From Thermoplasmata archaeon (GTDB lineage Archaea; Thermoplasmatota; Thermoplasmata; Lutacidiplasmatales; UBA184), in contig JAKATE010000031.1 of NCBI GenBank assembly GCA_021828085.1, positions 1 to 16,422 on the forward strand: a DNA stretch of 16,422 nt, read 5' to 3'. The notes under the pieces are model-generated. The model made no database searches, was not told where the DNA came from, and saw nothing but the letters and a program-made list of their open reading frames with translations. Position numbers and translations under genes: made by a program. Positions 15,186-16,422 of this stretch are shown one piece after another. Position 1 is the stretch's first letter. Every line of letters begins with the position of its first letter.

Positions 15186-15309
15186 TTCCAGCATCCGCCA
15201 GTAACGTGTCTTGCTTAACTCTAGATAGATTGTATGACAAACGGGCCAAGAATGCATGTCACACGTCCACCTTTCGGCCCTCGTTTGTCCGTTGAACGAG
15301 GCTCAGATG

Positions 15310-15708
15310 TCAGACGCGCACGACCCTTAGGGAGCCGAGCCCGCGCGGGAACTTGCGCCGCTGCGACGTGTGGATCTCATCCACCCCGTGCACGAGGCAG
15401 ATCGCGGCGACCAGGGTGCCCAACCCCTCGCCCGCCCCCTGCGGACCCGTAAGCAGCTCCCCCGCCTTGCGGCTGGCCTCGGCATCGAGAGGGAGGACGG
15501 TCAGGACCCTGCGGACCTCTTCCAGAGCCCGGAGCCTGGCCAGGAACGCCCTTCGGCCCCGTGCGCGGCGCGCGCCGAGGGCGAGTTCGTAGAGGTTCAC
15601 CTCGGTGGTCGCGAGCTCGGCGCCCCCCGAGAGACCCTCCATCCACGCCCTGGCCCGTTTCCGGCCCAGGAGGAGGTCCTCCAGGAGCGGGGTGTCCAGA
15701 CACTTCAC
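15310..15708 (-). CDS. vapC: PIN-domain ribonuclease toxin VapC, 132 aa
   Basis: MKCLDTPLLEDLLL carries the first PIN Asp. TEVNLYELALGA provides the Glu. LPLDAEAS and VHGVDEIHT give the third and fourth acidic residues. It overlaps the upstream antitoxin by 4 nt. Confidence 0.8.
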   Translation of the reverse strand: MKCLDTPLLEDLLLGRKRARAWMEGLSGGAELATTEVNLYELALGARRARGRRAFLARLRALEEVRRVLTVLPLDAEASRKAGELLTGPQGAGEGLGTLVAAICLVHGVDEIHTSQRRKFPRGLGSLRVVRV

Positions 15709-15932
15709 AGTCGACCCCCCTCGGGAGAGGGGCGCGACCGCCCCCGACCTCGGGTCCCCTTCCCCCTCGGCGAGGCGGGCCCAGCTCCCGCCCAGATGCC
15801 GTAGAGCCCCTCGAGCGGGTGCCGTCGGGATAGGAGGCGTTCGATCACCTTCGAGAAACTCTCTCCCCGACGTTTCTCCTTGCGGAGCGACTCGTACACG
15901 ACCTTGCGGATCATCACCGTCCTAGATCCCAT
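15705..15932 (-). CDS. vapB: VapB-type antitoxin (PF02697-like, with the ESFS-x-VIERLL motif), 75 aa
   Basis: MGSRTVMIRKVVYESLRKEKRRGESFSKVIERLL matches the archaeal VapB antitoxin N-terminal signature. It has an ATG start, and its stop overlaps the vapC start (ATGA-type coupling). The G/R/P-rich C-terminus is unusual, so the true stop or frame could differ. Confidence 0.65.
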   Translation of the reverse strand: MGSRTVMIRKVVYESLRKEKRRGESFSKVIERLLSRRHPLEGLYGIWAGAGPASPRGKGTRGRGRSRPSPEGGRL

Positions 15933-15940
15933 GGGAAGCG

Positions 15941-15956
15941 ATATTCATATGAATAT
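15941..15956. promoter_or_regulatory. Perfect 16-bp palindrome ATATTCATATGAATAT 9-24 nt upstream of the vapB ATG. It overlaps a TATA-like ctatgtatat and is a candidate autorepression operator.
   Basis: Seen in sequence; the reverse complement is identical. It is the only A/T-rich block (15941-15968) in this GC-rich region. In minus sense the order is aaaag (BRE-like), tatgtatatgtatat, palindrome, ATG. Confidence 0.5.
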
Positions 15957-16422
15957 ACATATACATAGTCTTTTACGGACCCGACCGCGGCGGATCCTAC
16001 CACCTAGCGCCTTGCGATCGCGCACCCTCCGCCCTGCCCGGGCATCTTCCCGAAGAAGCCCCCCGGATTCGAGGAGGGTCACGAACGAGCCGGACTCGCA
16101 GATCACCCACGTGCCCTCGAAGGGCACTAGGAGCGGGAGGCGGCCCCATGGGGAAGGGAGACCTGCTCACGGGGTGCCGCATCGCACGACGACAGGCCAC
16201 CCGCGAGGCGGTTGCCCCACCGCGCCCCCAGAAGGTGGGTCCGTCTGGTAGCCGAGATTACGGCGGACCGTGCCCGAACATCGCGGCCCCCTCCTGCTTG
16301 CCCGGCCCGTCCCCTCGAGACGCCCCCTTTGAAATCCGACACGGGAGGGGGCCGGCATCGCGCAGGGATGGTGGGGGGGACGGGCCAACTTCTCCCGCCC
16401 GTGAGCCCGAACGCAATAGAAG

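Noticed and set aside
15033-15200. Two CTTTCCAGC copies and a CCATTTTCATGG mini-palindrome faintly resemble archaeal origin-recognition-box (mini-ORB, TTCCA..TGGAA) elements in an A/T-rich intergenic region
   Set aside because: The match to the ORB consensus breaks after TTTCCA. There is no inverted pair of full ORBs and no orc1/cdc6 gene nearby.
14724-15218. A 164-aa plus-strand ORF and the 88-aa ORF (14456-14722) spanning the low-GC patch
   Set aside because: They have rare-codon-rich usage inconsistent with the window's genes, no motifs and low-complexity P/S/T-rich tails. They are more likely non-coding.
14855-15968. The CATATG hexamer occurs three times (14856, 14865, 15948) and could be a shared regulator half-site linking the low-GC patch to the vapB operator
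   Set aside because: All copies lie in locally A/T-rich DNA, where such a hexamer is expected by chance. Three occurrences are not statistically compelling.
14405-16422. Searched the non-coding stretches (1-102, 14405-15309, 15933-16422) for tRNA-like T-arm (GGTTCGAATCC/GGTTCAAATCC) and acceptor-stem features, and for direct repeats of CRISPR type
   Set aside because: No T-loop consensus, no cloverleaf-compatible arrangement and no repeat-spacer periodicity was found.

Overview
This 16.4-kb window has about 68% G+C and appears to be an archaeal chromosome segment. The call rests on a clear Sec61-beta (SecG) translocon subunit, TATA-like boxes 26-35 nt upstream of start codons that suggest leaderless mRNAs, and basic, non-halophilic proteins. 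The many antisense and alternate-frame ORFs are typical high-GC artefacts, and most long ORFs in the track are of that kind.

Most of the window is a cell-surface glycan biosynthesis/modification island. A roughly 10.7-kb minus-strand run (14404 to 3717) encodes four GT4 glycosyltransferases, a CgeB-like glycosyltransferase and a TylF-like SAM O-methyltransferase. The same run also encodes an SDR sugar-nucleotide epimerase/dehydratase with an unusual Cys4 zinc-ribbon insertion, a PKD-domain membrane protein and a large flotillin/YqiK-like SPFH protein. A fifth GT4 lies on the plus strand (2452-3711). A translationally coupled pair encodes an AlkP-superfamily nucleotide pyrophosphatase/phosphodiesterase-like enzyme and an APS kinase (CysC); the APS kinase ATG overlaps the stop of the NPP-like gene as ATGA.

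The most interesting hypothesis is that this NPP-like/APS-kinase pair, with the glycosyltransferases and the O-methyltransferase, is a glycan sulfation/decoration module that lacks any canonical sulfotransferase.

To the right of the island is a low-GC (about 45%) non-coding patch of roughly 500 bp containing two perfect hairpins. It is followed by a vapBC (PIN toxin plus VapB-type antitoxin) pair whose promoter carries a perfect 16-bp palindrome.

I found no rRNA, tRNA, CRISPR array or transposase.
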